Below, piece after piece: positions 7,634-16,178 of a stretch of 34,886 nt of DNA (position 1 is its first letter; the number at the start of each line of letters is the position of its first letter). The notes beneath the pieces are model-generated. The model did not search any database. It had not been told where the DNA came from and worked only from the letters and a program-made list of their open reading frames with translations. Source of the DNA: a virus. Lineage: Duplodnaviria > Caudoviricetes. A program made the position numbers and the translations under genes. Location: IMG/VR virus record IMGVR_UViG_3300037506_000400, positions 1 to 34,886 of that record. The stretch is one strand, 5' to 3'.

Positions 7634-8188
7634 TCAGAACTCGCCGGCGACGCTCAGGCCAGCGGCGCCCTGCGTGGTGCCCCACGCACCCAGGGAGAAC
7701 GGGCCGATGATGCGCCGCTCGACGGTCGCGCCGATCACCAGCGGCGTGTCGCCGAGCTTCAGCGCCGGCTCTTTCCACGTGGCGCCGACGAGCAGCCCCA
7801 CGCGCCAGTCGGGGCGGCTCACCGTCGACGAGGTGCGCGAGTTGGAGCTGCTCGACTCGCTGCTGCTCGAGCTGCTCCCCTCCGTCGACCAGCTCTCCCT
7901 CGTCTCGGTGGTGGTGGCGGCCGCGAGCACCACGCCCCCGTCTGGCGCGGCCAGGACGACGGGCGTCGAGGTCGTCCTCGAGCTCGACGTGCCCGTGGCG
8001 CGCCACCTCACCACCTGCACCTCGTGCGTCCGGGTGACGACGACGACCTGCTCGGTGACTTCCTCGAGCGCGTGCAGACGGCCGATGCCGACGCCTGCAG
8101 CAACGCCGGCGCCGGCGACGACGAACGCGACGACAGCCACGCGCCACGCGGGCACGGGCTGCGTCAGTCGCTCGCGGAAGGGCATCAT
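7634..8188 (-). CDS. Membrane protein of the lysis cassette, spanin candidate
   Basis: N-terminal TM helix, Ser/Thr-rich linker, C-terminal amphipathic beta strands ending in Phe; last gene of the lysis cluster. Confidence 0.55.
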   Translation of the reverse strand: MMPFRERLTQPVPAWRVAVVAFVVAGAGVAAGVGIGRLHALEEVTEQVVVVTRTHEVQVVRWRATGTSSSRTTSTPVVLAAPDGGVVLAAATTTETRESWSTEGSSSSSSESSSSNSRTSSTVSRPDWRVGLLVGATWKEPALKLGDTPLVIGATVERRIIGPFSLGAWGTTQGAAGLSVAGEF

Positions 8189-8192
8189 CGGA

Positions 8193-8441
8193 TCAGTCGA
8201 CCGGGGTGAAGTCGACGTCGAAGGTCTGGCCGATGACGAACTGATCGAAAGCGGCCGGGTTCGTGATGTGCAGTTCGACCGACGCCGCGGGGGTCGCCTT
8301 CGAGAAGGTGAAGTTCGGGTCGTTCGGGTCTTCCGAGTAGACCGCCTGCAGCGTGACCTTCACCTGGTCGACGCCCTTCTTGCCCTGCGAGTAGTTCATC
8401 TCGTGGCGTCCGGTGACGCGCGTTCGTGCTTTCACTGCCAT
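8193..8441 (-). CDS. Conserved phage hypothetical protein (82 aa)
   Basis: V.L.AV…N..FSKATP…L.ITNPAA..QF..G….VDFTP pattern, which I recall from many phage hypotheticals; GAGGA SD. Confidence 0.75.
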   Translation of the reverse strand: MAVKARTRVTGRHEMNYSQGKKGVDQVKVTLQAVYSEDPNDPNFTFSKATPAASVELHITNPAAFDQFVIGQTFDVDFTPVD

Positions 8442-8499
8442 GGTGCTTCCTCGTTTCGGGTGCGCGCGCTGCGACCGCTCGCGCGTGTGGACCGCTGAA

Positions 8500-9042
8500 T
8501 CAGTGCGTGGAGTTGGGCTCTTCGCGGTGCGTGCCGTGCCCTGACGAGAGCAGTGCCTCGAGCTCGACGGGGAACTCGTACGTCGGAGGCGGGAAGGGCA
8601 GGCGCTGCCAGTCGGCGAGCTCGTGGTGCGGCTGGTCGCCGTGCGGGTACGACTTGCCGACCCACACGCCGCCCCACCTGTACCCGAGCGCCTGTGAGAA
8701 GCGGCCGAGCTCGGCGAACTCGTCGCGGACGCGCTGAGGCAGCCCCTCCCAGGTGCCCCAGCGCGCCGCGGTGCCGCCGAACGACGTCGGCACGGACGAG
8801 AGGAAGCCGGCGGGCCACAGGTCGAGCGCCCCGCCGCGGCCGTGCGGCGTCATCTTCAGCGTGCTGGCGGCCGACATGCCCCCGCCGCTCAGCATCGACT
8901 GCACGCCCTGGTCGAGTCGCACGCCGCCGTGCATCGCCACGACGACGTCGAAGGTGCCGCGCTTCGCCCACTCGAGCAGCAGCACCAGCATGCGCGGGTG
9001 CACGCCGCGCGCACGCTGCAGCTCGAGCACCCGGGCGCTCAC
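8500..9042 (-). CDS. Endolysin, M15 family (L-Ala-D-Glu/D-Ala-D-Ala type) peptidase
   Basis: GVHP.M, G.R…Q, H..G.ALD, WGG.W…DQPHHEL zinc-peptidase motifs; GTG start coupled to the upstream stop. Confidence 0.85.
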   Translation of the reverse strand: MSARVLELQRARGVHPRMLVLLLEWAKRGTFDVVVAMHGGVRLDQGVQSMLSGGGMSAASTLKMTPHGRGGALDLWPAGFLSSVPTSFGGTAARWGTWEGLPQRVRDEFAELGRFSQALGYRWGGVWVGKSYPHGDQPHHELADWQRLPFPPPTYEFPVELEALLSSGHGTHREEPNSTH

Positions 9043-9224
9043 CGGCCCACCGCGGGCAACTCGGGGTGGGTGGGGTGCCGCGGCTGGAGGCCTCCGCGCT
9101 CGCGCGCGCGCTTGATGCGCTCGACCACCTCGCGGCGCGTGTCTTCGAGACGGTCGAGCGTCTTCTTCACGACGGACTGCGACTGCTCCGACAGCCGGCG
9201 GATGGTGTCTTTCTTCTCGCTCAC
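9039..9224 (-). CDS. Small basic hypothetical protein in the lysis cassette
   Basis: 61 aa, GTGA-coupled on both sides. Confidence 0.6.
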   Translation of the reverse strand: MSEKKDTIRRLSEQSQSVVKKTLDRLEDTRREVVERIKRARERGGLQPRHPTHPELPAVGR

Positions 9225-9715
9225 GCGTCTTTCCTCCGAGCTCTCTCGTTCTCGAGCTGCAGCAGCAGGGCCGCGTTGCGCTCGCCCAGCTCTTCGACCG
9301 CGGAGACCGACTCGAGCGCGCTGTTCGAGAGCTTCGCCACCTGCTCCCCCATCGAGATGAGGCGCTCGAAGTTCGCGGTGAGGTCCTCGATGCGCGCGCG
9401 CTCGACGGCGCGGAGCTCGCGGAAGAGGTAGAAGACGGCGACCAGCAGCACGACGACCGACGTCGCCAGCGGTGCCGTCGTGAAGCCCTGCTGCAGGCCC
9501 GCAGGGTCGAGCGACTGCGCACGCGCCGGGAACGCGACGAAGGCGAGGAACGCCGCCACCAGCAGCGCGGCGGCCCCCAGGAGGGACCGGCGGCGGCGGT
9601 CAGCGTGCCACGCCGAGCAGCGCTCCTCGTGATTCCACCGCAGGCCAATGACGCGCTCGCCGCACGTCGGGCAGAGGGCATGCAGCGAGACGCCGGGGCG
9701 GAAGTACCGAGGCAT
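9221..9715 (-). CDS. Holin-like membrane protein with signal-peptide-like N-terminus
   Basis: Two hydrophobic segments then a coiled coil; first gene of the lysis cassette, directly downstream of a late-motif copy. Confidence 0.6.
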   Translation of the reverse strand: MPRYFRPGVSLHALCPTCGERVIGLRWNHEERCSAWHADRRRRSLLGAAALLVAAFLAFVAFPARAQSLDPAGLQQGFTTAPLATSVVVLLVAVFYLFRELRAVERARIEDLTANFERLISMGEQVAKLSNSALESVSAVEELGERNAALLLQLENERARRKDA

Positions 9716-9726
9716 GCCCCGTACGC

Positions 9727-9748
9727 TGCCGCGAGGCATGCACACGCA
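9727..9748 (-). promoter_or_regulatory. Late motif copy (lysis cassette)
   Basis: TGCGTGTGCATGCCTCGCGGCA, then GCGT and ATG 7 nt after CAGCGT. Confidence 0.8.
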
Positions 9749-12499
9749 TCACGCCGCGCGGAACGTGATGCCGCTCAGCGAGATGTAGGTGGGCGTGCCG
9801 GTGCCGAGACGTACCTGCCCGTCGGGTCGAATCTCGACGTCGCCGTAGGCACTTGTCGCCTGCACCGTGAAGAACTCGTAGTCCGTCGGCCGGTAGCCCG
9901 CGGGCAACGTGAAGATCAACAGCCCCGTGCCGCTCGTGCGCTGTACGTTGCCTCGCAGGTGCACGATGCCGAAGGCGTCCTTGAAGTAGGCCGCCGTCGC
10001 GGTCACGCCGCCGTAGTCGCTCCACCCAGACCCAAAGCCGACCGTGCTCGCGACGGTGAAGGGGCCTTCGCACTCGATGCGGGCGCGGAAGAAGTCGGCC
10101 TCTTGTGCGTAGACGTCGCCGATGCGCCACGCGAACGAGCTGTCGCCCGTGGTCCCGCGGCGCAGGCCGATGGTCATGAAGTTGGCGTTGGTGGCGAGCG
10201 CCCCGTAACCAAAGCCGTAGTCGATCGGCTTGTCGTACCAGGTGTTGAGCGAGGGGAAGTCGCCGGACGCCGAGCCGCTCAGGAAGATCGAGTCGGAGCG
10301 CACCAGCGTGGTCAGCGCCGAGTCGGCGTAGAGGTTCACGTCGACGATCAAGTCTTTCCCCGACGAGGCGCTCGACCCGGTGCGCATGATCGACAGATAG
10401 ATGTTCAGTGCCCGCACGCCGCGGCGCACCTCGAACGCTGACGAGACGATGTTGCCACGCTTCGACGCGTGCGCGCGCAGCTCGACGTAGTTGCCCTTGC
10501 TCGCGTCGTTTCCGTGGAACACCGAGCCTGACGAGCCCCACACCTCGGTCGCTTCAGCGGGGCGCGTCACCACCGCCCAGTGGTCGAAGGGCGCCGCGGC
10601 CAGGTCATCGGAGGCGTGCTCGAAGTTGCCGTTCAGCGGGAGGTGGCTCTGCGTCGAGCGGCTGTCGTAGTGGCCGGTCTTCGCGCGTCCGGCCGTGAAG
10701 CTGAACTCCTCCGACGGCTCGCCTCGAACGATGCGGTCGGCGTTCTTCGTGATGCCGACCCGCTTCGCGTAGTACGTCTTCCCCGGCACCAGGTTCGCGA
10801 CCTCGTGGGCGTTCGTCTCTGACGACGACGCGAGCGTGCTCGAGCTCGGAGTGAAGCCGGGCGTGGCGCTGATGTGCAACTCCTCGGCTTGGCCCCACGC
10901 GTTCTTCAGCCTGGTGTCGCTCGATGTGAATCGCTGCCCGCCCACGGTCGCGGTGTTCGTGCCCGCGCTGCCCGATGCATTGAGCAGCGTCTGCTGGTGC
11001 GTGTTGCCCTGACGCGAGCTCGCGTCGATGGCGAGCCAGCCGTTGAAGCGCGCGGCCGGCGCGCCGCGCAGCGCGACTGACGTGCGCGCAGATTCGCCGC
11101 GGAACGTGTGCTTGAGCGACTGAACGGCGAGGGTCTGCGAAGTGGTGAAGCGCAGGTTGTCGTTCTGCACCGTGATGCGGTCGCCGAGCTCGAGGTACGG
11201 GTCTACGGGGAACGAGTTGGAGAGCGCGATTTGCGGGTCCTTCAGGTCGGCGAGGATGGCGTTGGCCATGCGATCCGCTTCGCTCGCGGTGTCGATGTTG
11301 CTGGCGTCGTCCTCGACGACCTCCATGAAGCGCCGGCCGTACTTCGCGATGCTCGCCGAGTCGCTCACCTCGCGCGTGATGCGCACCGGGTTCCCGCTCG
11401 GGTCGAGGCTTGAGCTGTCGCCGTAGATGACGCGCACGACGTTTCGGATCTCCCAAACCGCGACGCCGAGCTCGGTGCACTCAACCTCGTCGTCGACGAG
11501 CACCGTCTTGTGCACGGTGCTCGAGGTGCGGTCAGGTTGCACCAGGTGCAGCTCGTACCGGTTGAGGCTGCTGCTCCACTCGAAGCGCAGCCACCAACCG
11601 AGCTGGTCGACCATCGCCTGCAGCGCTTCGGCGACCGACTCGCGCTGCTGCAGGTACGGCTTGACGTTCCACCCGGGCGACACGGGCGTCTGGAGCGTGA
11701 CCAGGCTGCCGAGCCCATTGTCGTTCAGCACCTGCTGGATGAGCGTTTCGATGGCAACGCCGGTGGTGGGCGAGGTCGCGCCCGCCTCCGTGAAGGTGAC
11801 GCCTCCCGAGACGACGGTCGAGCCGCCGCCGGTAGGCCACGTCGGCTCGGTGACCAGCTGGGCACCGGAGACCGCGGTGACTTTGTAGAAGTGCCCGTTC
11901 TGCCTCTTCTCGGAGGGCACGACGAGCTCGTTGAGCGCCAGGGCAGGGAGGTCATGCCGCCAGACGAGACAGCCCTTCGTCGCGTTGACGCCCTGCGCGA
12001 GCCCGTACGCGCGCTCGGCTTCGATCCACGTGTCGCGAAGGCGGGCGAACTTGTCGGTGCAGACGAGCTCCATCACGTCGTCCGGCCACGCGACCTCGTC
12101 GATGTAGCCGTCGAAGATGGTGATGCGCGTCGCGGCGACGGAGCCGATGTCGGGCAGCGTCAGCTCGCATTCGACGAGGATGCGCCGGGCGATGTCGACG
12201 TTGGGCTCGCCGGCGATGATGTAGAGCGGGTTCCCGCCGATCGCGAGAGGAGCGAAGCTATAGAGGCCCTGCTGTCGCTGCAGCCGGACGCGCGCGGTGC
12301 GGTAGCTGTCGACGCTGTGCTCGATTTCGACTTCGTGCACTGGGTCGGCGAGGCCGTCTGGGCCGTCCCACGGCGCGCCGGCGGCATCCCCGAGGGTGAC
12401 GAGCGCCGCTCCACCTGACTCGAAGAGCGTCACGAGGACACGAGCGCCGTGGCTCGGGTTGGCGATGATGGCGTCGACCTGAGCGCTCTTCGTGCGCAC
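9749..12499 (-). CDS. Tail tip/host-specificity protein with C-terminal fibre domain
   Basis: 916 aa after TMP and the distal tail gene; IFDGYID, SDSASIAKYGRR, PYLELGDRITV, FN3-like and NGNFE CBM-like segments, C-terminal GIVHLRG…IFTLPAGYRP. Confidence 0.85.
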   Translation of the reverse strand: MRTKSAQVDAIIANPSHGARVLVTLFESGGAALVTLGDAAGAPWDGPDGLADPVHEVEIEHSVDSYRTARVRLQRQQGLYSFAPLAIGGNPLYIIAGEPNVDIARRILVECELTLPDIGSVAATRITIFDGYIDEVAWPDDVMELVCTDKFARLRDTWIEAERAYGLAQGVNATKGCLVWRHDLPALALNELVVPSEKRQNGHFYKVTAVSGAQLVTEPTWPTGGGSTVVSGGVTFTEAGATSPTTGVAIETLIQQVLNDNGLGSLVTLQTPVSPGWNVKPYLQQRESVAEALQAMVDQLGWWLRFEWSSSLNRYELHLVQPDRTSSTVHKTVLVDDEVECTELGVAVWEIRNVVRVIYGDSSSLDPSGNPVRITREVSDSASIAKYGRRFMEVVEDDASNIDTASEADRMANAILADLKDPQIALSNSFPVDPYLELGDRITVQNDNLRFTTSQTLAVQSLKHTFRGESARTSVALRGAPAARFNGWLAIDASSRQGNTHQQTLLNASGSAGTNTATVGGQRFTSSDTRLKNAWGQAEELHISATPGFTPSSSTLASSSETNAHEVANLVPGKTYYAKRVGITKNADRIVRGEPSEEFSFTAGRAKTGHYDSRSTQSHLPLNGNFEHASDDLAAAPFDHWAVVTRPAEATEVWGSSGSVFHGNDASKGNYVELRAHASKRGNIVSSAFEVRRGVRALNIYLSIMRTGSSASSGKDLIVDVNLYADSALTTLVRSDSIFLSGSASGDFPSLNTWYDKPIDYGFGYGALATNANFMTIGLRRGTTGDSSFAWRIGDVYAQEADFFRARIECEGPFTVASTVGFGSGWSDYGGVTATAAYFKDAFGIVHLRGNVQRTSGTGLLIFTLPAGYRPTDYEFFTVQATSAYGDVEIRPDGQVRLGTGTPTYISLSGITFRAA

Positions 12500-12500
12500 G

Positions 12501-13406
12501 TCAGACCTCCTCGAGCACGCCGCTCAGCGCCGTCTCCGCTGTCTGCCAGCTGCCGCCACGAGCGACGGGCGTGACCCGCATCTCGGAGACTTCGCCGATG
12601 CACGCGATGGAGTTCCTCGACGCGCCCGGCGAGGCCTTGAACTGGTTGTCGGGGAGGTGGTCGCTCATCACCAGCACGCGCGGGAGCATCGGCAGCCGCG
12701 TGTTGAGGCTGGCCCACCCGTCCATGAGGGTGTCGACGAGCGAATCGCCGAGGAACCAGGGCAGCAGGTACATGTTCGACCAGCTCCATGGCCCACCGGC
12801 GCCCGGCGCTGTGATTGTGAGGGTGCCGTTCGACGTCGCGAGCGTCTCGGTGCCCGTGTACGCCTGCGCGGCGCCGCTCGAGCCGAGGGAGCCGAGCTTC
12901 TCGCGCTTCGTCGCCACCACGGTGTCACCCGCGCGCCAGCTGAAGCCGAAGATGCGGTAGGCGCTGCCGTCGTAGCGCCAGCCGATGAGGGTCGCGCCGA
13001 CCAGGAGCGAGTTCGCCGGCGACACGCCGGCCTGGTCGAAAAGGCGCCCGGGAACGACGAGGGTCTGCCCGGTCGTGGTGCGCCACACGCCGTTGCCGCT
13101 GATGGGGTTGCCGCCGCCGGCGCCGTTGAAGGCGCCCGTGCCGCTGAGCGCGAGCCCCTTCGAGCCGTACGCGTTGGCGACGGTGCTCCAGTACTCCCCT
13201 TCGCCAAGAATCAATGCGCGGTACATCTGCGCCTCGTCGAGCGGGCAGAGCGAGAGGTCGAACTCGAAGCGCCACTTCGCGCGCCGGCGCTCGAGCAGGG
13301 CGTGTCCGCGCGTGTTCCTCCCCTTCGTGCCGACCGACTCCAGCCCCACCTTCAGCGAGTCGATGGCAACGGGGAACGTGACGCCGTTCACGACGAGCGC
13401 ACCCAT
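12501..13406 (-). CDS. Distal tail/minor tail protein
   Basis: Directly after the tape measure gene; beta-rich, Dit-like N- and C-termini around an inserted domain. Confidence 0.65.
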   Translation of the reverse strand: MGALVVNGVTFPVAIDSLKVGLESVGTKGRNTRGHALLERRRAKWRFEFDLSLCPLDEAQMYRALILGEGEYWSTVANAYGSKGLALSGTGAFNGAGGGNPISGNGVWRTTTGQTLVVPGRLFDQAGVSPANSLLVGATLIGWRYDGSAYRIFGFSWRAGDTVVATKREKLGSLGSSGAAQAYTGTETLATSNGTLTITAPGAGGPWSWSNMYLLPWFLGDSLVDTLMDGWASLNTRLPMLPRVLVMSDHLPDNQFKASPGASRNSIACIGEVSEMRVTPVARGGSWQTAETALSGVLEEV

Positions 13407-15610
13407 CAGTCGTTTCTCCCGCCGCGGCGCCCACCCCCGATGGGGTTGCCTTGCTGCTGCCCGCGCTCCCGCGCAGCCTCCTTCTTCGCGTCCTCGCCGA
13501 GCGCCTCGATCGTGTCGGCATCGCTCGAGATGTTGACGTCGCCGTTGATGACCACTCCGGCCTTGCTGACCCCGGCGCCGTGGCTCAGGCCTTCCGAGCT
13601 GATGCCCATGTCGGCGTTGTACCGAGCGAGCGCGAGCCGGTAGCCTGCGGGCACGTTGGTGAGCGACTCGGAGACCTTCTGCGCGCTCTTCGCCGCCTCA
13701 TCTTGTGCGACGGCATTCTCCCAGGCCGCGCGCGCCGCGTGACCCTCCGCGATGGCGAGCTCGTTCGCCGCCGGCGCCCACATCTTGTCGACGAGGCCCT
13801 TCATGCGGTCGGCCTCGGCTCGCGCCTTCTGGTCCCCGAATGCCGCGGCGATTTCGTTGATGGCGATCATGATGCCGAGCAGCACGGTCGCGATGCCTTT
13901 GATGACGCCGGTGATGAGGTCGAGCACCGGCGAGAGCGCCTCGAGAATGCCGCCGACGAGGGAGCCGACGACTTCGATGATGGGGGCGAGCCCCTCGAAG
14001 ATGTTGCCGACGGCGGCCACCACGGGGATCAGCCGCTCGGCGAACTTCGTGACGCCGTCGAACAGCGGCTTCAGCGCGCTGAACAGCGGCGCGAGAATCT
14101 CGGTCGCGAGCGCGGTGATGGTGCCGACGATTTCGAAGATGGGACCGAGGAGCGGCTCGAGAAACTGCCCGAGTCGAACGAGACCGTACTCGAACACCTT
14201 GAGCAGCTCCTGGAACGACGCCATGCGCTGGAAGACCTCCATCACCGCTGCCAGAAGCGCAGCCCAGGGCCCACCCTGCGAGGCGGCCGATGCGATGTTG
14301 CTGATGGTCTGCCCGAGTGCGCCGGTGGTCGAGGCGAGGGTCGACGCGATGGTGCGCCCGGTCGCCTTCAGGCGCTCGCGCACCGCCTTGGCCCCGTCGT
14401 CGATGACGCGCTGGGCGTTCGCGAACGCGCCGCTGCCACCCATGCCACTCTTCGCCGCCGTCGACAGCCCTCCGAGACCTCGCCCGAGCCCGACGTCGCC
14501 AGCGGGCGTCGCGCGGAAGCTCGCCCGCACGAGCTGCCCCTCGGCGGCCGAGAAGGCCTGGGCGAGCTTCTTCACCGCGTCGCTCGCCACGCCCGCCGAC
14601 ACCGCCATTCGGTGGAACTCGACTGCGCCCTCGAAGGTCGCGGTTCCACCGGCGCTCGTCTTCGCGCCGCCGCCGCCCATCCCACGGCCGAGCGGAATCG
14701 GCGTTCCGGCCGAACCGCCGAAGCCGAGCTCCTTCTTGATGGCCGCCCACTCCTCTTTGATGCCGTCGACGATTTGCACGCCGATCGACTTGCCGAACGA
14801 GAAGGCATCGCTGAAGAAGCTCCCGCTCTTCAGGTCCTTGAAGAGGCCGGCGAAGCCCTCGCGCAGCCCCGCCACGCCGAGCTTCTTGCCGGTGATGCGC
14901 TCGATGACTTCTCCGACTGAGAGGAGTCCATCAACGAAGTGCGCAGCACCATCGACGAGGAAGTCCCAGACCTTCCCCATGAAGCCCGCGAACTGGCCGA
15001 AGGCGCCTCGAAACCACTCGAGCACGTCGCGGGTGACGTCCTGAATGCCGCCCCAGTTCTTGCGCCAGGCGCGATGCAGCAGCAGCACCGCGGCAGCGAC
15101 AACTGCGAGCGCGGCCGCCACGGTGAGCAGAGGCCCAGCTGAAGCGACGACCGCGCGCACGATGCCGATGACGCCGCCGGCGAGCCCGGAGAGCACGCTG
15201 AACGCCTTGGCGGCCGCGGCGACCTGTACAGCGACGACGGCGAAGGTGCTGATCATCTCTTTCGTGTGCGGCGAGAGCCCGGCCACCACCGACGCCGCCT
15301 GGCGGAACATCTCGGTGAGCGAGCGAACCGCTGGCAGGAGCATGTCGGCGACCTGCACGGCGAGGAGCTGCGTCGACTGCTTGAGCCCGTCGACCGCCTT
15401 CTTCGTCGGCCCGTCGACTGCCGCGGCGAGGTGAATCGCGCCGGCACCCACGGCGGTGAGGGCTGCGCCAGCGCTCGCAATCTCCGATGAGATGCGCTTC
15501 ACGCCCTTCGCGAAACCGTCGAGGTCCTTCAATGCGCGGCTCAGCGACTTCTGCCACGCCGCGGTGGAGGCGGTGAGGCTTGCATGGAGGCTGCCGACGT
15601 TGAGGCTCAT
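13406..15610 (-). CDS. Tape measure protein
   Basis: 734 aa, Ala/Gly-rich, hydrophobic helices, NWGGIQD motif, periodic LGP/LAP/LKP repeats; follows the chaperone genes. Confidence 0.92.
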   Translation of the reverse strand: MSLNVGSLHASLTASTAAWQKSLSRALKDLDGFAKGVKRISSEIASAGAALTAVGAGAIHLAAAVDGPTKKAVDGLKQSTQLLAVQVADMLLPAVRSLTEMFRQAASVVAGLSPHTKEMISTFAVVAVQVAAAAKAFSVLSGLAGGVIGIVRAVVASAGPLLTVAAALAVVAAAVLLLHRAWRKNWGGIQDVTRDVLEWFRGAFGQFAGFMGKVWDFLVDGAAHFVDGLLSVGEVIERITGKKLGVAGLREGFAGLFKDLKSGSFFSDAFSFGKSIGVQIVDGIKEEWAAIKKELGFGGSAGTPIPLGRGMGGGGAKTSAGGTATFEGAVEFHRMAVSAGVASDAVKKLAQAFSAAEGQLVRASFRATPAGDVGLGRGLGGLSTAAKSGMGGSGAFANAQRVIDDGAKAVRERLKATGRTIASTLASTTGALGQTISNIASAASQGGPWAALLAAVMEVFQRMASFQELLKVFEYGLVRLGQFLEPLLGPIFEIVGTITALATEILAPLFSALKPLFDGVTKFAERLIPVVAAVGNIFEGLAPIIEVVGSLVGGILEALSPVLDLITGVIKGIATVLLGIMIAINEIAAAFGDQKARAEADRMKGLVDKMWAPAANELAIAEGHAARAAWENAVAQDEAAKSAQKVSESLTNVPAGYRLALARYNADMGISSEGLSHGAGVSKAGVVINGDVNISSDADTIEALGEDAKKEAARERGQQQGNPIGGGRRGGRND

Positions 15611-15807
15611 CGAGTTGTCCCTCTTCGCTGTGCGCCGCGCGCCTTCTTCATCGCCTTCGCTTCGGCGTCGGCCCTGATGCGCCAGAACGACCGGTACTCG
15701 AGCAGGTCCTCAACGGAGAGGACGTCCTCGAGCTCATGGACGGGACGGCCGACGCGCTCCGACACCTCGAAGAGGGTCACGCGCAGGCCGTCCCGCATCA
15801 GTTTTTT
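15607..15807 (-). CDS. Tail assembly chaperone, -1 frameshift extension (gpT-like)
   Basis: The -1 frame opens at the slippery site and reads KKLMRDGLRVTLFEVSERVGRPVHELEDVLSVEDLLEYRSFW…, ending ATGA-coupled to TMP. Confidence 0.8.
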   Translation of the reverse strand, partial: KKLMRDGLRVTLFEVSERVGRPVHELEDVLSVEDLLEYRSFWRIRADAEAKAMKKARGAQRRGTTR

Positions 15808-16178
15808 TCGACGACGCGCTCCTCCGGCGTTTCGGCGATGAGCTTCATGACGATGGGCGCGACCTGGTTGATGACCAGGACGCCCGAGGCCGAGTCGACC
15901 AGCATCTTGCGGTCGCCTTCCTCGAAGAGCTGTTGCCCGTCGACGAAGGTGCACGCCAGCGTGGCCTCGAGGGCTGCCTGCAGGGCGACCTGCGTCTCGG
16001 ACGCGTCCTTCGAGCTCGAGCCGAGGATGCGCTGGCGCTGACCGTACGTCGGGGCGCGCACCTCGACCTCGAGCTCGTCGACGGTGCCATCGTCGTTCCG
16101 CAGCACCAGCTTCACGACCTCGAAGCGCCCCCTCCGTCCCTTGCCGAGCGTCAGGCTGCGCGCGTCCTTGCGGTTCAT
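15798..16178 (-). CDS. Tail assembly chaperone (gpG-like)
   Basis: Between tail tube and TMP, ends in the slippery sequence; TGATG coupling. Confidence 0.85.
   Translation of the reverse strand: MNRKDARSLTLGKGRRGRFEVVKLVLRNDDGTVDELEVEVRAPTYGQRQRILGSSSKDASETQVALQAALEATLACTFVDGQQLFEEGDRKMLVDSASGVLVINQVAPIVMKLIAETPEERVVEKN
15801..15807 (-). other. Programmed -1 frameshift site A AAA AAC
   Basis: GAA AAA AAC TGA at the end of the gpG-like gene; canonical X XXY YYZ heptamer in an otherwise A-poor genome. Confidence 0.85.

Noticed and set aside
8500-9681. 393-aa endolysin as given in the ORF track
   Set aside because: The N-terminal half overlaps two better genes in other frames; the peptidase starts at the coupled GTG 9042.
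9749-12499. Diversity-generating retroelement or invertible tail-fibre system
   Set aside because: No reverse transcriptase, TR/VR pair or invertase seen in the window.
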